DNA from: an uncultured Planctomycetaceae bacterium
GTDB taxonomy: Bacteria; Planctomycetota; Planctomycetia; Planctomycetales; Planctomycetaceae
Assembly: GCA_963815195.1 (NCBI GenBank)
Contig: CAWFGE010000012.1
Coordinates: 640,001 to 704,000 of the forward strand
DNA: 64,000 nt
Direction: 5' to 3'
The notes below the pieces were generated by a model. It searched no databases. It saw nothing but the letters and a program-made list of their open reading frames with translations, and had not been told where the DNA came from. How positions within the stretch are numbered: position 1 is the stretch's first letter; each line of letters begins with the position of its first letter. Shown here one piece after another: positions 1-11,689 of this stretch. The position numbers and the translations under genes were made by a program.

Positions 1-915
1 GCGGTGCGAATCCTCGGCGTACCGGCTGATGATGTGCACGGAATTGGAAATTCCCAACACCATCAACAGCATCGGCAGCACGTTGGAAATCAAGTTGAAC
101 GACTGCCCCGTCGCGGCCATCAGGCCCAAAGTCCACCCCAAGCCGATGCCCACCGCCAACAGCGGAACCAGACTGCCCGAAATCCGGCGGTAGGCCAAGA
201 CGAGCGCGATGAAATACAGAAACCCTGCGATGGGAATCAAAAACCGCTGGTCGCTTTGCAGGTTGCGGACAATATCCACCCGCAACACCGCCTGGCCCGT
301 GATGAAGGCTTCATAGCCTTGGGGCGGCGGATTCTTGCGGACGGCCGTTTGGATCGAATCGACAATCTCCCGCATCTCGTCCGAGGATTGCAGCTTCGGA
401 TCGAAAAACACAAGAATCGCCGCCACCTTGCGATCCGTGCCCACTAAGATGCCTTCCATCAGGTGCGAGTGGGTCAGAAACTCGCGCACTTCGCTTTCCG
501 TCTTCTCCGTCGCGGGGAGGTTGATCAAAGGCGTCTTCGTGAGCCCGGCGTCCCCCGACAAATGGAACCGCCGCGTGGTGATGGACCCCAGCGATTCGAC
601 CCGGAGCACATTGGGAAGATCGTCCAGGTCGTGGGCCAGCGAAACCTGCCAATCCAGCGCCTCAGGCTGGAGCACGTCCCGGTCGCCGTCGGCTTTCAAA
701 ATCACCTGAATGACGGAATCGTCGTAACCGAAGGTTTTCTTGAACTCGTCGGCGTCGGCCAGCAAATCGTTTCTTCCCTCAAAAACCGACTGCGGGGCGA
801 AGTCGAATTTGACATTGGTGGCGGACCAGGCGGAAGCGAGCGTGGTCGCCAGGAGAAACATCGCGACGCACCAGGGGTGCCGCGTAATCCAGCGAAGAAT
901 TCTTGATATAAACAT
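1..915 (-). CDS. MMPL/RND-family transporter, N-terminal part (runs off window edge)
   Basis: Manual translation from ATG 915: MFISRILRWITRHPWCVAMFLLATTLASAWSATNVKFDFAPQSVF..., then a periplasmic loop and TM helices ending VLGISNSVHIISRYAED, an RND TM4-like motif. Confidence 0.75.
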   Translation of the reverse strand, partial: MFISRILRWITRHPWCVAMFLLATTLASAWSATNVKFDFAPQSVFEGRNDLLADADEFKKTFGYDDSVIQVILKADGDRDVLQPEALDWQVSLAHDLDDLPNVLRVESLGSITTRRFHLSGDAGLTKTPLINLPATEKTESEVREFLTHSHLMEGILVGTDRKVAAILVFFDPKLQSSDEMREIVDSIQTAVRKNPPPQGYEAFITGQAVLRVDIVRNLQSDQRFLIPIAGFLYFIALVLAYRRISGSLVPLLAVGIGLGWTLGLMAATGQSFNLISNVLPMLLMVLGISNSVHIISRYAEDSHR

Positions 916-1276
916 TGGGTTTCCACCGCCTTGGGGAGGTCCCGTCCCCGAATGAGGCGAAATGGGTCAAGAGGGGGAAACAGTCCAAATTCGCTGGGCC
1001 TAGGGAAATGATAGGTCCCAAAACGAACCGGGCTGTCGCTCGCCGGGCAATCAGCCAATGATCTTCCAGCGCGAGAGGTCTCATCCCTCGAGGAGGATTG
1101 CAGGAACCCCGCATGTATTATTAGCGAGCACCGATCGGGTTTTCTACCGCTGGCGGGGTAAATATCGGTGGTTCAGGCAGGTTGGGGAGGGGGCAAAAAA
1201 CAAACCCGAAGTGCGAAAACCGAATGCACCGCGGGTTTGTGCCCGAATTCTTATCGCGTGTTTCCCGTCGTGGGCA

Positions 1277-1840
1277 TCAGGAAAACGGCAGAGGTTCGGG
1301 TTGTAACACAAACGGAAACACCCGGATGGGATGCCCATCGGGCAAGTCCTGGCGGTAGCTCAGCTGCGCGGCGCGGTCCGCGGCAAATTGCAGAATGGTA
1401 AACTCCAATCCACAATAAAAGTCCGTGCCCGCCTCGGCGGCGACATCCGCGAACACTTCCCCGGCCGACGCCGCGTGCCGGCGGACGCCGTGAATGCTTT
1501 TTTCCCGCACTTTCACGCCCGAAGCGGCCAGCTTGACCAGCCCCTTCAAAAATCGGGCGACGGTCGTGTCGGGACCGGAAGCGCGCCACAACCGATCCCA
1601 CTCGTCGTGGGCTTCCCAGTAATAGCCGTGATTAAAATAATCGATGGCCAAGAGATAACTGCGGTTGTCGGCCCAGGCGTCCGGGTCCAAGGGCTTCGTG
1701 TTGCGGTTCTTGTTTCGCCCGTAACTGTGCCCTTGCGGATCGCGCAGCGGATGGGGAGTGTCCGTCCCCGGAATAAAGGTATAACTCGGCAGATCGGTGG
1801 TTGGCAACAATCTCGGTTTTAGAGCAATGGTTTGGCTCAT
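1277..1840 (-). CDS. DUF309 domain protein
   Basis: [17 protein letters not shown] and KGLVKLAA motifs. Confidence 0.8.
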   Translation of the reverse strand: MSQTIALKPRLLPTTDLPSYTFIPGTDTPHPLRDPQGHSYGRNKNRNTKPLDPDAWADNRSYLLAIDYFNHGYYWEAHDEWDRLWRASGPDTTVARFLKGLVKLAASGVKVREKSIHGVRRHAASAGEVFADVAAEAGTDFYCGLEFTILQFAADRAAQLSYRQDLPDGHPIRVFPFVLQPEPLPFS

Positions 1841-2415
1841 CCGTTCCTTTCTCCACGGTGAATGAATTGAAATTCCTCAGAATTTCCATCCCTGGAAACC
1901 AGATGAACCCTCCGTGTTCGCCCCCACCCATATCAAACTGATTCTTCAGCGTCTCGTCAAACGGAAAACACCCGCATTGCGAAAAGTTTCCAGAGTTTGA
2001 GGAAAAGTCAAGTGAACAAAAATCAGCTTCTCGTGGGCTGCAACTTCATCCGGTGCGAAATCGACGTGCATACCGAGAAAGTGCAAAGCCTGGAGAATTT
2101 GGGGGATTTTTTGGCAGGATTTTGGTGATGTTGGCCGGCGATGGACGCCGACACCTCAATTATTCTACTCAGCTCGTGGGGAGAAGTGAGGGGGCCTTCT
2201 TCGGAAAAATTCAGAAAATATGAAAATTCCCGCCCCCAAAAACCCCGGAGGCAGCCAACATAAGGCCACACATGGCTTTGTGACTCGTTCTCCCCTGACC
2301 GATTCGCCGAGCCGAATGATTATTCGCCCGAACCGCAAGCGAGGGAACGGATTTGAAGTCCCTCGCTTGCGGTTCGGGCGAATTGCGACAGAGACAGAAA
2401 TCCCTCGCTCGCTGG

Positions 2416-3147
2416 CTAGAATTCCGAGTCTTTGCGGCCGCGGAAGTTGGTGGTCGATTGCGGTACGCCGGTTTCGCTGAAGTTGCGCGCCGAGTTGCGG
2501 GAGGGATTCAAATCCCGCGCGCCGCGATAAACCCGCCGCGGATCGATGGACGTGCTGCTTTCCAGCGAGGAATCCATTTTCAACGACTGAAGGCTCGGAT
2601 TGGGACGCTTCGTCTTCATCCGCGGCGGCGGGATTTCGCGATCCCGCTTCCAGAGCCCCTTAAACCAGCCGACCACGGTCTGTTTGGGCTCCGTGGCTTC
2701 ATATTCGTAGGTCGCCGGGGTCACCGCCGTATCGCGCAAGGGGCGGCGAGGGGCCAGCATCGAATTCGACGGCACCGGCTTTGCGGAATCCGGATTGATG
2801 AGCCGCGGCTCGCGGGGCGTCAACGACTGTTCCGTCTGGGCGAAGGTCGGCGTCCGCTGGGGGGAAAGCTCCGAAATGCCGCCCGGACCCGCTTTTCGCA
2901 ACACGCCGCTCCGCGTGGTGACCTGCACAGGATCGGCTTTCGGCGCGGGGCGAGTGATGATGTTCCGCGAGAAATCCATTTTCGTCGGAGGCGGCATTTT
3001 CGGGATGGCTTGGACTTTCTCCGCGGGCTTGCGGAAGGTGAACCACGATTTGATCCGGCTGCCGAGACTCGGGCGAGTGGGCGTTTGCGCCAAGGCTTGG
3101 GACGTGAACACGAGGATCAAAACACCCGCACAAAAAGATCGCAGCAT
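2416..3147 (-). CDS. Hypothetical secreted Pro/Arg-rich protein
   Basis: Signal-peptide-like MLRSFCAGVLILVFTSQALA; the upstream ORF extension runs through a repeat and is probably non-coding. Confidence 0.55.
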   Translation of the reverse strand: MLRSFCAGVLILVFTSQALAQTPTRPSLGSRIKSWFTFRKPAEKVQAIPKMPPPTKMDFSRNIITRPAPKADPVQVTTRSGVLRKAGPGGISELSPQRTPTFAQTEQSLTPREPRLINPDSAKPVPSNSMLAPRRPLRDTAVTPATYEYEATEPKQTVVGWFKGLWKRDREIPPPRMKTKRPNPSLQSLKMDSSLESSTSIDPRRVYRGARDLNPSRNSARNFSETGVPQSTTNFRGRKDSEF

Positions 3148-3362
3148 GAGAGACTCCAGACCGCCGCGATCCACCGCAACGCGCCCGCGCTTAAGTCCGC
3201 AGGGCATCCCGTCGGAGAAATCGCAGCCAAGACAGGAAAGTTCATCGGATGAGAGAGAAGGGAGGGGCTCTATAACCAATCCCCGCCGACGTGTCGAGAG
3301 CGGATTCTCGACTTTGCACGGACGAACACGTTCCGATGAAGTGGCCAGTCGATAGCAATGCG

Positions 3363-3517
3363 GTTTTAAACGCAAAGACAGCAAAGAAAAGACGCAGAGG
3401 GCGCAAAGATTTTTGTCATCGAAAAACCGCTTACTTCGTGCGCGGCTCTTTTTTAATGACGGACTTTTTGACTTTTTGTGCCCTTTGCGCGTCTTCTCTT
3501 TGCGCCTTTGCGTTAAA
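3363..3517. repeat. Intergenic palindromic element (ACGCAAAG-type arms) with an internal CCGCTTACTTCGTGCGCGGCTC motif
   Basis: TTTAACGCAAAG...CTTTGCGTTAAA inverted arms; one arm recurs at ~6093-6146; the inner motif recurs at ~13674 and ~24990. Confidence 0.75.
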
Positions 3518-3538
3518 CCCGAGCTACCAAGTCGCGTA

Positions 3539-5913
3539 TTATTCAACGACGATTTTGGTCCACACCAGATTTTGGCGGTCGCCGCGTTCGCTGAAATCGT
3601 CCAGCATGGTTTCCAAACTGGGTTCGGGGAAGTCGTTGAACTTTCGGCTGCCGCGGAACCGCACGAACAGCCGCTTGTTGTAATCGATCAAATCCGGCGA
3701 CAGGCTGAGCACGTGCCTCTTTGCGCCGGAGTTGATGTTGATCGTTGTGTGGTCGGTGCTGCCGTCGAGGATGTCGGCTTCCAAAGTCATCGGGTGGATC
3801 CGCGTCCGTTTGCCGGTGGTGTCGATCACCACGGCTTGGAGCACGTTCGGCGGCAAGTCCTCGGCCTTGATCCAGTAAAAGCGGTTGTCGATCGGCCTTA
3901 ACACCGTGGCTTCGATTTTCTTGGGGGCCTTCACCCGCTGGAGGCGGTTCATCCAATCGAAGAGGTTGTGAATCTCTTCGTAGTAATGCTCGTAGCCGCG
4001 GCCGATGTACTCGGCGTAGATCACGTCGAACTCGTGCCCGTCAGCGCATCATCCGGCCGATGACGGCGGAATGGTCGGGGTCCAGGAGCGAATTGCGGCA
4101 GAGTTCCCCGCTGACCACATACCAGGGCACATTCTTCGCGTTTTGCCAATACCATTTGCAGTAATGCTGGGCGAGGGCGGAAATGGGAATCACGCCGGCG
4201 AACAGGTCGGGATGCGACATGCCGATGTCGAACGCCGCATCCCCGCCCATGCCGTGGCCGCTCAAAAAGATCTTGTCGGAATTGATATGGAACCGCTTGC
4301 GGGCGTCGTGAATGGCTTTGATCGTGATGTAATGCGACCGGGCGTCGAAGTCGTAAGCTTTGAGCTTCTCGTCGATATATTCGGGAGCGATGACGATGTA
4401 TCCGTGCCGCTGCGATTGGCCGGGCTGCGCGGCGGTGCCGCCCCACCAGGACAACTCCGACGCCGCCTCGCGTTCCTGCGGATGCAGCGCGACGATCAGC
4501 GGATAGGCCCGGTTGGGCGTGTATTCGTTCGGCAGCAGCACATGATAGGCGACGGGCATTTTGGGGTCGGCGTCTTCCACGTCGATTTTATGAGCCGCGC
4601 CGGAAGGACGCCCGGCGTTTCCAACACCGGCTTGAGCCAAACCAGCATCCGCGACACGGCCTCCGGCGTGACGCCTTCCATGTTCCGCATTTTGGAAAGC
4701 AATTCGCGTTTCATCGCCGAATCGTTCGTGAGCAGATACTGCTCGATCAGATGCCGGGCCTGCCAGTAGCGGAGGGTCTGATCGAGGTCTGTGATCGCAT
4801 GGGCGCTGCCCATCAGCCAGCCGGAGTAGGCCAGCGCGAGTTTCTGCTCGGGCTTGAGCGAGGCGTCGTTTTCGAACTTCAGAAACGCATCCAGGCGATC
4901 GAGGCCCACGGTGTCGATGTCGCCGCGGAGGGCCGACCGCAGGGATTCCAGCGTCGTCTGCTTGGCCTCGTCGGTGATGCTCCGCTGCAGCATCGACAGC
5001 GACAGCCCCACGCGGGCGAGTTGGTTTTGATAGTTTTTGAGTTCATCGTCGAGGTCGCGGAGTTCCTTGAGCACGGCCGCGCTCATGTTCTCTGTGGGAA
5101 ACTGGCGCAGCGCAGCGCCGCCAGCCGGTGCTGCCCGGTGTCCCGCCGCCGGCGGAGATCGGCCAAGAGCCGCTGGGCCTGGGTCGAGCGGAGTTCGGTG
5201 AGGAGTTCCTCGGCCCGCTGCTTGAGTTCGGGAAAATCGCGGACGATCGATTCCAATTCCTCGCCGGCTGCGACGTACATCCCGGCTTGAATGTAGAACA
5301 CCGCCACGCCCAGCCGCTGTTGCGGGTTGTGTGCGTCGATCGTGTTGTAGAGGATCTTCCGCAAGGTTTTTTCTTCGAGGGCGGTCGTGGAAATGCCGTG
5401 CTCCCAATCCAGTTCGGTCATCGCGGTCACGGTGACGTAGCGGGGATTGAGCTTGGTGATGCCCTGCACGATCTCCTTGGGGCCGCGGTCGGTGGGAAAG
5501 GAGACGGTCCGGCGGCCGAATTCGTCGAACTCCTTGCGAACCAGCACGCCGCCCAGGGCCTGGAGCATTTGCCGCCGGGCGCCGAACTTTTGTTTGATGG
5601 TGAATTCTTCGAGGTTCAAGACTCCGCCGGCCGCGTTGATGTTCAGGACCTGCTTGGCGGGGACGAAATAGCGTTTGAAACCCGTATGGATCATCAGGAT
5701 CGGGTAGTGATGGTTCTGGTTGGCGTGGTCGCGGTCGATCTCGGTGCGGGTCAGGGCTTGAATGGGAATCGGTTTTCCCTCGATGACGGTTCCATTTTGG
5801 AGATGGGTCTCCGCCGCCCAGGCCCCGCCGCCCGTAAGCCCGGCGACCGCCAGAATCCCTACAATCCGCAAGGAAAGGGAAAGAGAGGTTCGCGAATGCG
5901 TTCGATATTCCAT
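3539..5913 (-). CDS. Large secreted protein with C-terminal alpha/beta-hydrolase-fold domain, split by 3 frameshifts
   Basis: ORF pieces 5083-5913, ~4600-5110, 4041-~4600 and 3539-~4045 join into one protein; YHVLLPNEY..YPLIVALH and IFLSGHGMGG..HPDLFAGVIP motifs. Confidence 0.7.
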
Positions 5914-6092
5914 AATGCCACCTCGAAAAAGAGCTTCGAGATCCATCATCGCGCCCCAAGGCCAAATTGTCTAGGACAATCCGCCCCCGCCGCCCGAATG
6001 GCCGCGCGAAAAGCCGGCCTGCGCCCGTTCTACCCTACTAATGAACCCGATCGGCCCGATTGCGCGATTGTTGGGCGATTTTTTCTTCGATC

Positions 6093-6420
6093 GGTTTTAA
6101 CGCAAAGACGCGAAGGGAAGACGCAAAGGGTGCAAAGAGATTTTTCAGACGGCGGAGGGTGGCATGCTCATGGCTTTGCATGAGCATGTCCTGGGATTTG
6201 AGACCCCCCGCAGGCTCACGCAAAGCCGTGAGTATGGCACCCAGATCACACGAATCCCCAAAAGTGACAGAGAACCAGAATTTTTTCAGATGGCGGCCCG
6301 CTGTGCCGATGGATCAATCACAAAATCATGGAGCACAGAATCATGTCTTACATTCGTCGCGGCGGTGATTTGCAGCACGGTGCCGAAACAAAATGATTTT
6401 GTGCCCCATGATTTTGTTCT
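6093..6420. repeat. Cluster of intergenic palindromic repeats
   Basis: ACGCAAAG arm; GGGTGGCATGCTCATGGCTTTGC...GCAAAGCCGTGAGTATGGCACCC; ACAAAATCATGG...CCATGATTTTGT. Confidence 0.7.
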
Positions 6421-6439
6421 TCCCTTTGCGTCAAAAACT

Positions 6440-7987
6440 CTACCGCTCGCCGCTCGCCTCGAGCAGATTGCGGCCGCGGGTGCGGAGGGTTTCCAGAAGC
6501 AGATCAAGATGCGCGGGCGTGGTGAGCGGGTTGATCAGCGTGACCCTGAGCGCTCCCCGGCCGCCCGCGGTGGTGGGGACGATATAGAACTCGCCGGATT
6601 GCATCACATCCCGCCGGAGCCGAAGTTGGAATTGTCCCACTTCTTCGGGCGAGGCGTTTTTTAACGCATCGGGAACGTGGCGGAACACGACGATGTTGCA
6701 TTGGGGATCGTTGAGCGGCTCGAAGTCCGGGGCTTCGCAGAGTTTCTGATAAAGCTGCCGGCCCAGATCGAACGTCACATCGACCATATCCCCGAACAGC
6801 CCGGGACCGAACAGCGACCACACGCCCCACAACCCGAACGCCGCCGACCGCTTGGTGCACTCGACGGTCTTGAGGCCGCTGTCGAAATCCGCGAGACCCG
6901 GGGCCGAGGGATCGAACAAGTACGGGGCGTCCTGCCGGAAGGCTTCAAAACGGTGCTCGGCGTTTTTGTAAAACACGAAGGCGCAAAGCGCCGGGACGAA
7001 CAGCATTTTGTGGGCGTCCCAGATCAAGCTGTCGGCCTGCTCCAGCCCCTTGAGCAAATGCCGATGTTTCTCGCTGAAGAGCGCCGCCCCGCCGTGCGCT
7101 GCATCGACGTGCATCCACACCTCGTGCCGGCGGCAGACGTCGGCGATGTCCTCCAGCGGATCGAACGCCCCCACCGGCGTCGCGCACGCACAGGCCGCGA
7201 CCGCGACAATCGGCCGCCCCTCGGCTCGGAGTTTCGCCAACGTCTCGTCGAGCTGGTTCGGATCGATTCGCCGGCGGTCGTCCAAGCCGGCTTTGACGAC
7301 CTGATTCGTGCCCAGTCCCAAAATCCCCGCAGAACGGGCGATGCAATAATGCGCCTCCGCATGCGAGACCAGCACCGGCGGTTTGGACGCGCGCGAAGAC
7401 ACGCCTTGTTCCCAGGAATCGCCTAGCACCACATTGCGGGCGGTGAGGAGTGCGGTGAGATTCGCCAGCGAACCGCCGTGGGTAATCACACCGGCGAAGG
7501 TTTTCGGTTGCCAACCGATTCGGCGGCCGAGTTGTTCGACCATCACTTCTTCAACCGCAGAGGCCCAGGGGCCCATTTCGTAAATGGCCATTACCTGATT
7601 GGTCACGGAGCCCACGGCATCGAACAACCCCGCGAGCGGAATCGAAGCCGGCACCTGATGGCCCAGGTAACGTGGATCGTGCAGATTGTGCCCCCGCGAG
7701 AGCATCAACCCCACCAACTCCGCGAACCGCTTGCCCACCGCTGTCGGGTCCGGAGGCGAAGAATCGGCCGGCGGGCAAGCAGACAACTCGTTCGCCGCCC
7801 GTTCCACGTTCTCCCAAGGTTCGGCCCAGTTGAGCACGGATTTGCGGGAGGCTTCGACCTCCGCCAGGTGTTCGCTGAGCAGCGACACCAACCGCTCTCC
7901 GGCCGCCGCGAAGCCTTGCGGATCATAAGCCGCCCGAATCCGCTGCCGGGCTGCGTCGAGGATGTTTGTGGGCGGGTTTGTGGTCAT
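6440..7987 (-). CDS. PLP-dependent group II amino-acid decarboxylase (DABA/DOPA decarboxylase-like)
   Basis: GGSLANLTAL, WMHVDAAHGG and ADSLIWDAHKML (PLP Lys) motifs. Confidence 0.9.
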   Translation of the reverse strand: MTTNPPTNILDAARQRIRAAYDPQGFAAAGERLVSLLSEHLAEVEASRKSVLNWAEPWENVERAANELSACPPADSSPPDPTAVGKRFAELVGLMLSRGHNLHDPRYLGHQVPASIPLAGLFDAVGSVTNQVMAIYEMGPWASAVEEVMVEQLGRRIGWQPKTFAGVITHGGSLANLTALLTARNVVLGDSWEQGVSSRASKPPVLVSHAEAHYCIARSAGILGLGTNQVVKAGLDDRRRIDPNQLDETLAKLRAEGRPIVAVAACACATPVGAFDPLEDIADVCRRHEVWMHVDAAHGGAALFSEKHRHLLKGLEQADSLIWDAHKMLFVPALCAFVFYKNAEHRFEAFRQDAPYLFDPSAPGLADFDSGLKTVECTKRSAAFGLWGVWSLFGPGLFGDMVDVTFDLGRQLYQKLCEAPDFEPLNDPQCNIVVFRHVPDALKNASPEEVGQFQLRLRRDVMQSGEFYIVPTTAGGRGALRVTLINPLTTPAHLDLLLETLRTRGRNLLEASGER

Positions 7988-8072
7988 CGCGGCACTTTTT
8001 GTGGGGCAACTCAATTTGCTGAGAATGAAGAAGGGGAGAGGGGGAGAATGGGAGATCGGGAGGGAAATAAAA

Positions 8073-8822
8073 TCACGTTTCCACCGGGGGGCAGACGGTT
8101 TGGACGAGATCCCGCACGCCCAAGGTCGTGGCGCTAAAAAACATTTCGCCGGCTTCAAAACCCGCGCTCGTGCCCAGCAGTTTGTTTTGACTTTCCACGA
8201 GCCGAAACACCCGTTCCTTTGTGGGCGGGAACTGCGTTTCGTACGCGCGGATCGCTTCCAACTTCACGTCGAGGGTCTCGGAAATATCCGCCACGAACTG
8301 CCCCGGCTTCGCCAGCGATTGCAGGTTTTGAAACCCCAAGGGATACCAGACCTGTTTCGCGATCGTGTGCACCGGGAGATGATCGAAATGCTCGTCCCAT
8401 TTCGTCAAGCGGGAATAAAACACCGCCGCATCGGTGATCTGCATCGCCTGCCAATGATCGGGCGAGGCCATCGGCGTTTTATCCGCGATTCCTAGCACAA
8501 TCCGCGGCCGAAACCGCCGGAAAATCTTCGCGAGCTCGACCCGCGTCTCGAAGCTGTCGAACAGCCGGCGGTTTGGGAGGGGCAGCGTCTCGCGGTGCTG
8601 GACCCCCAAAATCCGGGCGGCGGTTTGGGCCTCTTCCAGCCGCACGTGGGGGCCCGGACTGAGGGGCGTCGGTTCGCCGTCGGTCAGATCGACGATCCCC
8701 ACGCGGTAGCCTTGCCGGACCAGCTTCGCCAGCGTCCCTCCGCAGGCGATCTCCACATCGTCGGGATGCGCGCCCACGGCGATTACGTCGAAAGGTTCGG
8801 GAAGTTCCTCGGCGTTCGCCAT
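8073..8822 (-). CDS. PIG-L/BshB1-like deacetylase
   Basis: AHPDDVE, LTDGE and PDH motifs. Confidence 0.85.
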   Translation of the reverse strand: MANAEELPEPFDVIAVGAHPDDVEIACGGTLAKLVRQGYRVGIVDLTDGEPTPLSPGPHVRLEEAQTAARILGVQHRETLPLPNRRLFDSFETRVELAKIFRRFRPRIVLGIADKTPMASPDHWQAMQITDAAVFYSRLTKWDEHFDHLPVHTIAKQVWYPLGFQNLQSLAKPGQFVADISETLDVKLEAIRAYETQFPPTKERVFRLVESQNKLLGTSAGFEAGEMFFSATTLGVRDLVQTVCPPVET

Positions 8823-9269
8823 AACCACTCCAACAGAGTTCCAACACGATGAGGGAAGAATTCGGAAAAGCCCGTTCTGTGATTGTCCTTCTAACAGCTT
8901 CCCCCAGGGACGACAAGAATCCCAGCCCTGCGGCCGACCGCCCGGTCCGTCTTTCCGGCGCCCGGTCTTCGAGGAGTGATTCGCCAGCGACCAAAGTGGC
9001 CGTCCTTCGTTCAACGCTTCCGGTGCGCCGATGTCGCGGAGAAATCAGGCCCTCTCTCCCTAAGCTCCTGGGAGAGTTGCAGTTGGCGAAAAGTTCGGCG
9101 TCCGCTTTTTTCGGCACGCGAATCGCAAATGATCGTCGTTGCAAGAAGCCTTCGGTGATTCAATTCTTCCGGCGAGGTTCTGCTGACCTTAGGCAAGAAA
9201 AAACCACCGGACGTTCCCCGCCGCGGTCGCGGCTTCGTTTATCTCGCTTTACTCGAAAAGGAGACAGCC

Positions 9270-9476
9270 ATGAATTGGGATCAAATCAAAGGCAACTGGA
9301 AGCAGTTGAAAGGACAAGCCCGGCAGAAGTGGGGCAAGCTCACCGATGACGACTGGGACGTGATCGACGGCAGCCGGGAAGAATTGACCGGGAAAGTTCA
9401 GGAACGCTACGGCATCGCCAAAGACGAAGCCGAAAAACAGATTCGGGAATTTGAAGGTTCCTGCCGCACCTGTTGA
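9270..9476 (+). CDS. csbD: CsbD/YjbJ family stress protein
   Basis: MNWDQIKGNWKQLKG..WGKLTDDD; AAAGGAGA RBS. Confidence 0.92.
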   Translation: MNWDQIKGNWKQLKGQARQKWGKLTDDDWDVIDGSREELTGKVQERYGIAKDEAEKQIREFEGSCRTC

Positions 9477-9586
9477 TCTCGGCCGAGTGTGAGAGTCCGC
9501 GCGTCTGGCTCTCAAAAGAAAACCCGACTTTCAACCGGGGCCTTTCCAGCGAACGGCTCCGGTTTTCATAATTCAGGAGAAATCCA

Positions 9587-9886
9587 ATGCCCAGGGGTTG
9601 GACGAAAAAAGACGAACGGCAGTACGAGCACATCAAACACAGCCAAAAGCAGCGGGGATCGTCCGAGAAGCGGGCGAAAGAAATCGCGTCCCGCACGGTC
9701 AACAAGCGCCGCAGACAAGAAGGCCGGACGCCGAACAAGACCACAAAAGGCACGGGAAACCCGCACACCGAACTGGAAGACCGCACGGTCAAAGAGCTTC
9801 GCAACATGGCCTCGGATATGAACATCAAAGGCCGCAGCAAGCTCAACAAACAAGGCCTGGTGCGGGAAATCTCCAAACGGAAATGA
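9587..9886 (+). CDS. Small basic protein with C-terminal Rho_N-like helix-extension-helix
   Basis: KDERQYEHIK...AKEIASRTVNK; TVKELRNMASDMNIKGRSKLNKQGL; AGGAGA RBS. Confidence 0.75.
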   Translation: MPRGWTKKDERQYEHIKHSQKQRGSSEKRAKEIASRTVNKRRRQEGRTPNKTTKGTGNPHTELEDRTVKELRNMASDMNIKGRSKLNKQGLVREISKRK

Positions 9887-9907
9887 CATCTGCGCGGTCC
9901 GCGATCT

Positions 9908-11199
9908 TCAGACGGCGCGGAGCACGACCGCGGCGCTTTGGCCGAGGCTTGTGCGGTTTACGCAGAGCGCGGCGGGCAGAGATTGATCGATGGGGTGCTC
10001 GTGAATGACGTTCAGCCGGCAGCGGGGATCGGGGGTTTGATAGTTCAACGTCGCCGGGATTCGCCCGTGCTTGAGTGCGAGCAAACTCCCCGCGAGTTCC
10101 ACCGCGCCGGCCCCGGCGTCGAAGTGGCCGAAGTAACTTTTGAGTGCCGTCACCGGAATGATCTCGGCGGCTTCTCCCAACGCCCGGTGATAGGCCCGGG
10201 CTTCGATCACATCGTCGCGCTCGGTGCCTTTGCCGTGGCGCGTTGATGTGCCCCAACTCGGCCGCGCGGACCTGGGTTTTCTTGAGCGCGGCTTGGATGG
10301 CGACAACCAGGCCCGTGCCCCCCGCGGCATTCGCGTAACCCTTCCCGTCCGAGCCCGCGCCGCTGCCCAAGATTTCCGCGTAAATCTCGGCACCGCGGCC
10401 GCCGGGCGTGGGAAAAACTCTCGAGGACAAACGCCGCCGCCCCTTCGCCGAGGATTGTGCCGTCCCGCTCGAAATCAAAAGGCCGGCACGGCGCGGGATC
10501 GGAGGTCCGACGGGACAAACCTTCAAACAGGCAAAACTTGGCAATATCCACCGGCTGAAGATGCGAGCCGCAGGCTCCGACGATCATGCAGTCCGCGGCG
10601 CCGCGTTCGATCACGTTGACCGCTTCCGCGAGAGCCAGAATTGCCGACGTATCCCGGTTCGTGATCGTGTTGTTCGGCCCGCGGGCGTCGAATGTGATCG
10701 AAACGTGGCAGGCCGGCATGTTCGGGAGTTGCCTGAGCAGCCACAACGGGGCGATCCGGCCCATGTCCTCTTCGCCCCACCGGGAGGCGGCAAACGGGAT
10801 TCGCTGTTCCGCGAACGGCCGCACCGCGTCGGCGAGTTCCTCAGGCGTCGTGGAGATTCGCCCCGCTCCATACACCACGCCCAAGCGGTCGGGATCCACG
10901 TCCCCGGGTTCCAAGCCGGCGTCGCCCATCGCCAAAGTCGCCGCCCCCACGCCCAGTTGAATGTCCCGCGACATCACCTTGAGGAATTTTTTCTGGGGGA
11001 GATACATCAAGGGATCGAAGTCCAAGACCTCCGCGGCGAAACGCGTGGGCAGGTTTCGCGAGTCCAAGGCGCGCAGGCGGCCGATTCCGGACCGGCCTTC
11101 CATCAGGCTCGTCCAGAAGGCCCGATTGCCGATGCCGATGGGCGACACCACGCCCACCCCGCTCACGACCGTCCGTGTCGCGGCCTCGCCTCTATTCAT
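9908..11199 (-). CDS. FabF-like beta-ketoacyl synthase homologue lacking the catalytic Cys; 2 frameshifts (~10400, ~10240)
   Basis: VVSGVGVVSPIG, PCRPFDFERDG..GEGAA, HINAHG and KSYFGH motifs across three frames. Confidence 0.85.
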
Positions 11200-11360
11200 T
11201 GCGGACCCTGTCGTTCAGTCCAGCCGGTTCCGAATGCGATCCCTTGTGGACTGCAAATCGGCGGCCGTCGCATCCTCCCGGAAGACCCCCAAAGCCGGGG
11301 GATTACACCGGATCCGCCGTTGCCTGTCAATAACGGTCCCCCGCCGAACTGATTGAATGC

Positions 11361-11561
11361 TCAGTTGTTTCGATCCCCCCGGTAATGCCGGCGGGCTTCG
11401 AGCAGGGCTTTGAGATTCGCCGCCCGGTGGGTTTTCGCCGCGGCTTCGACGGGCAGTTCGTAATCCAGCCGGGACAGGATCCCGTCCCGCAATAGCCGCT
11501 CGATGTCCCGGTCGATGCGGGTGAGGAGTTGTTCGAGGGATTCTTCGGCAGGAAGTTTCAT
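11361..11561 (-). CDS. Small hypothetical protein
   Basis: 66-aa helical ORF with GAGG RBS, co-oriented with the capsid genes. Confidence 0.5.
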   Translation of the reverse strand: MKLPAEESLEQLLTRIDRDIERLLRDGILSRLDYELPVEAAAKTHRAANLKALLEARRHYRGDRNN

Positions 11562-11630
11562 CGGCCGGCCTCAAATAAACAGCCACGGCGTGAGGATGGA
11601 AGAGGGAGGATCGAAAGTGCCGGCTATAAT

Positions 11631-11660
11631 TCCAACCTCCAACCTCCAACCTCCAACCTC
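11631..11660. repeat. Heptamer tandem repeat (TCCAACC)n
   Basis: About 4 units; the same unit recurs at ~34584-34620. Confidence 0.8.
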
Positions 11661-11689
11661 ACTCGGACGGCACCGGTTGGTTCAAGACG

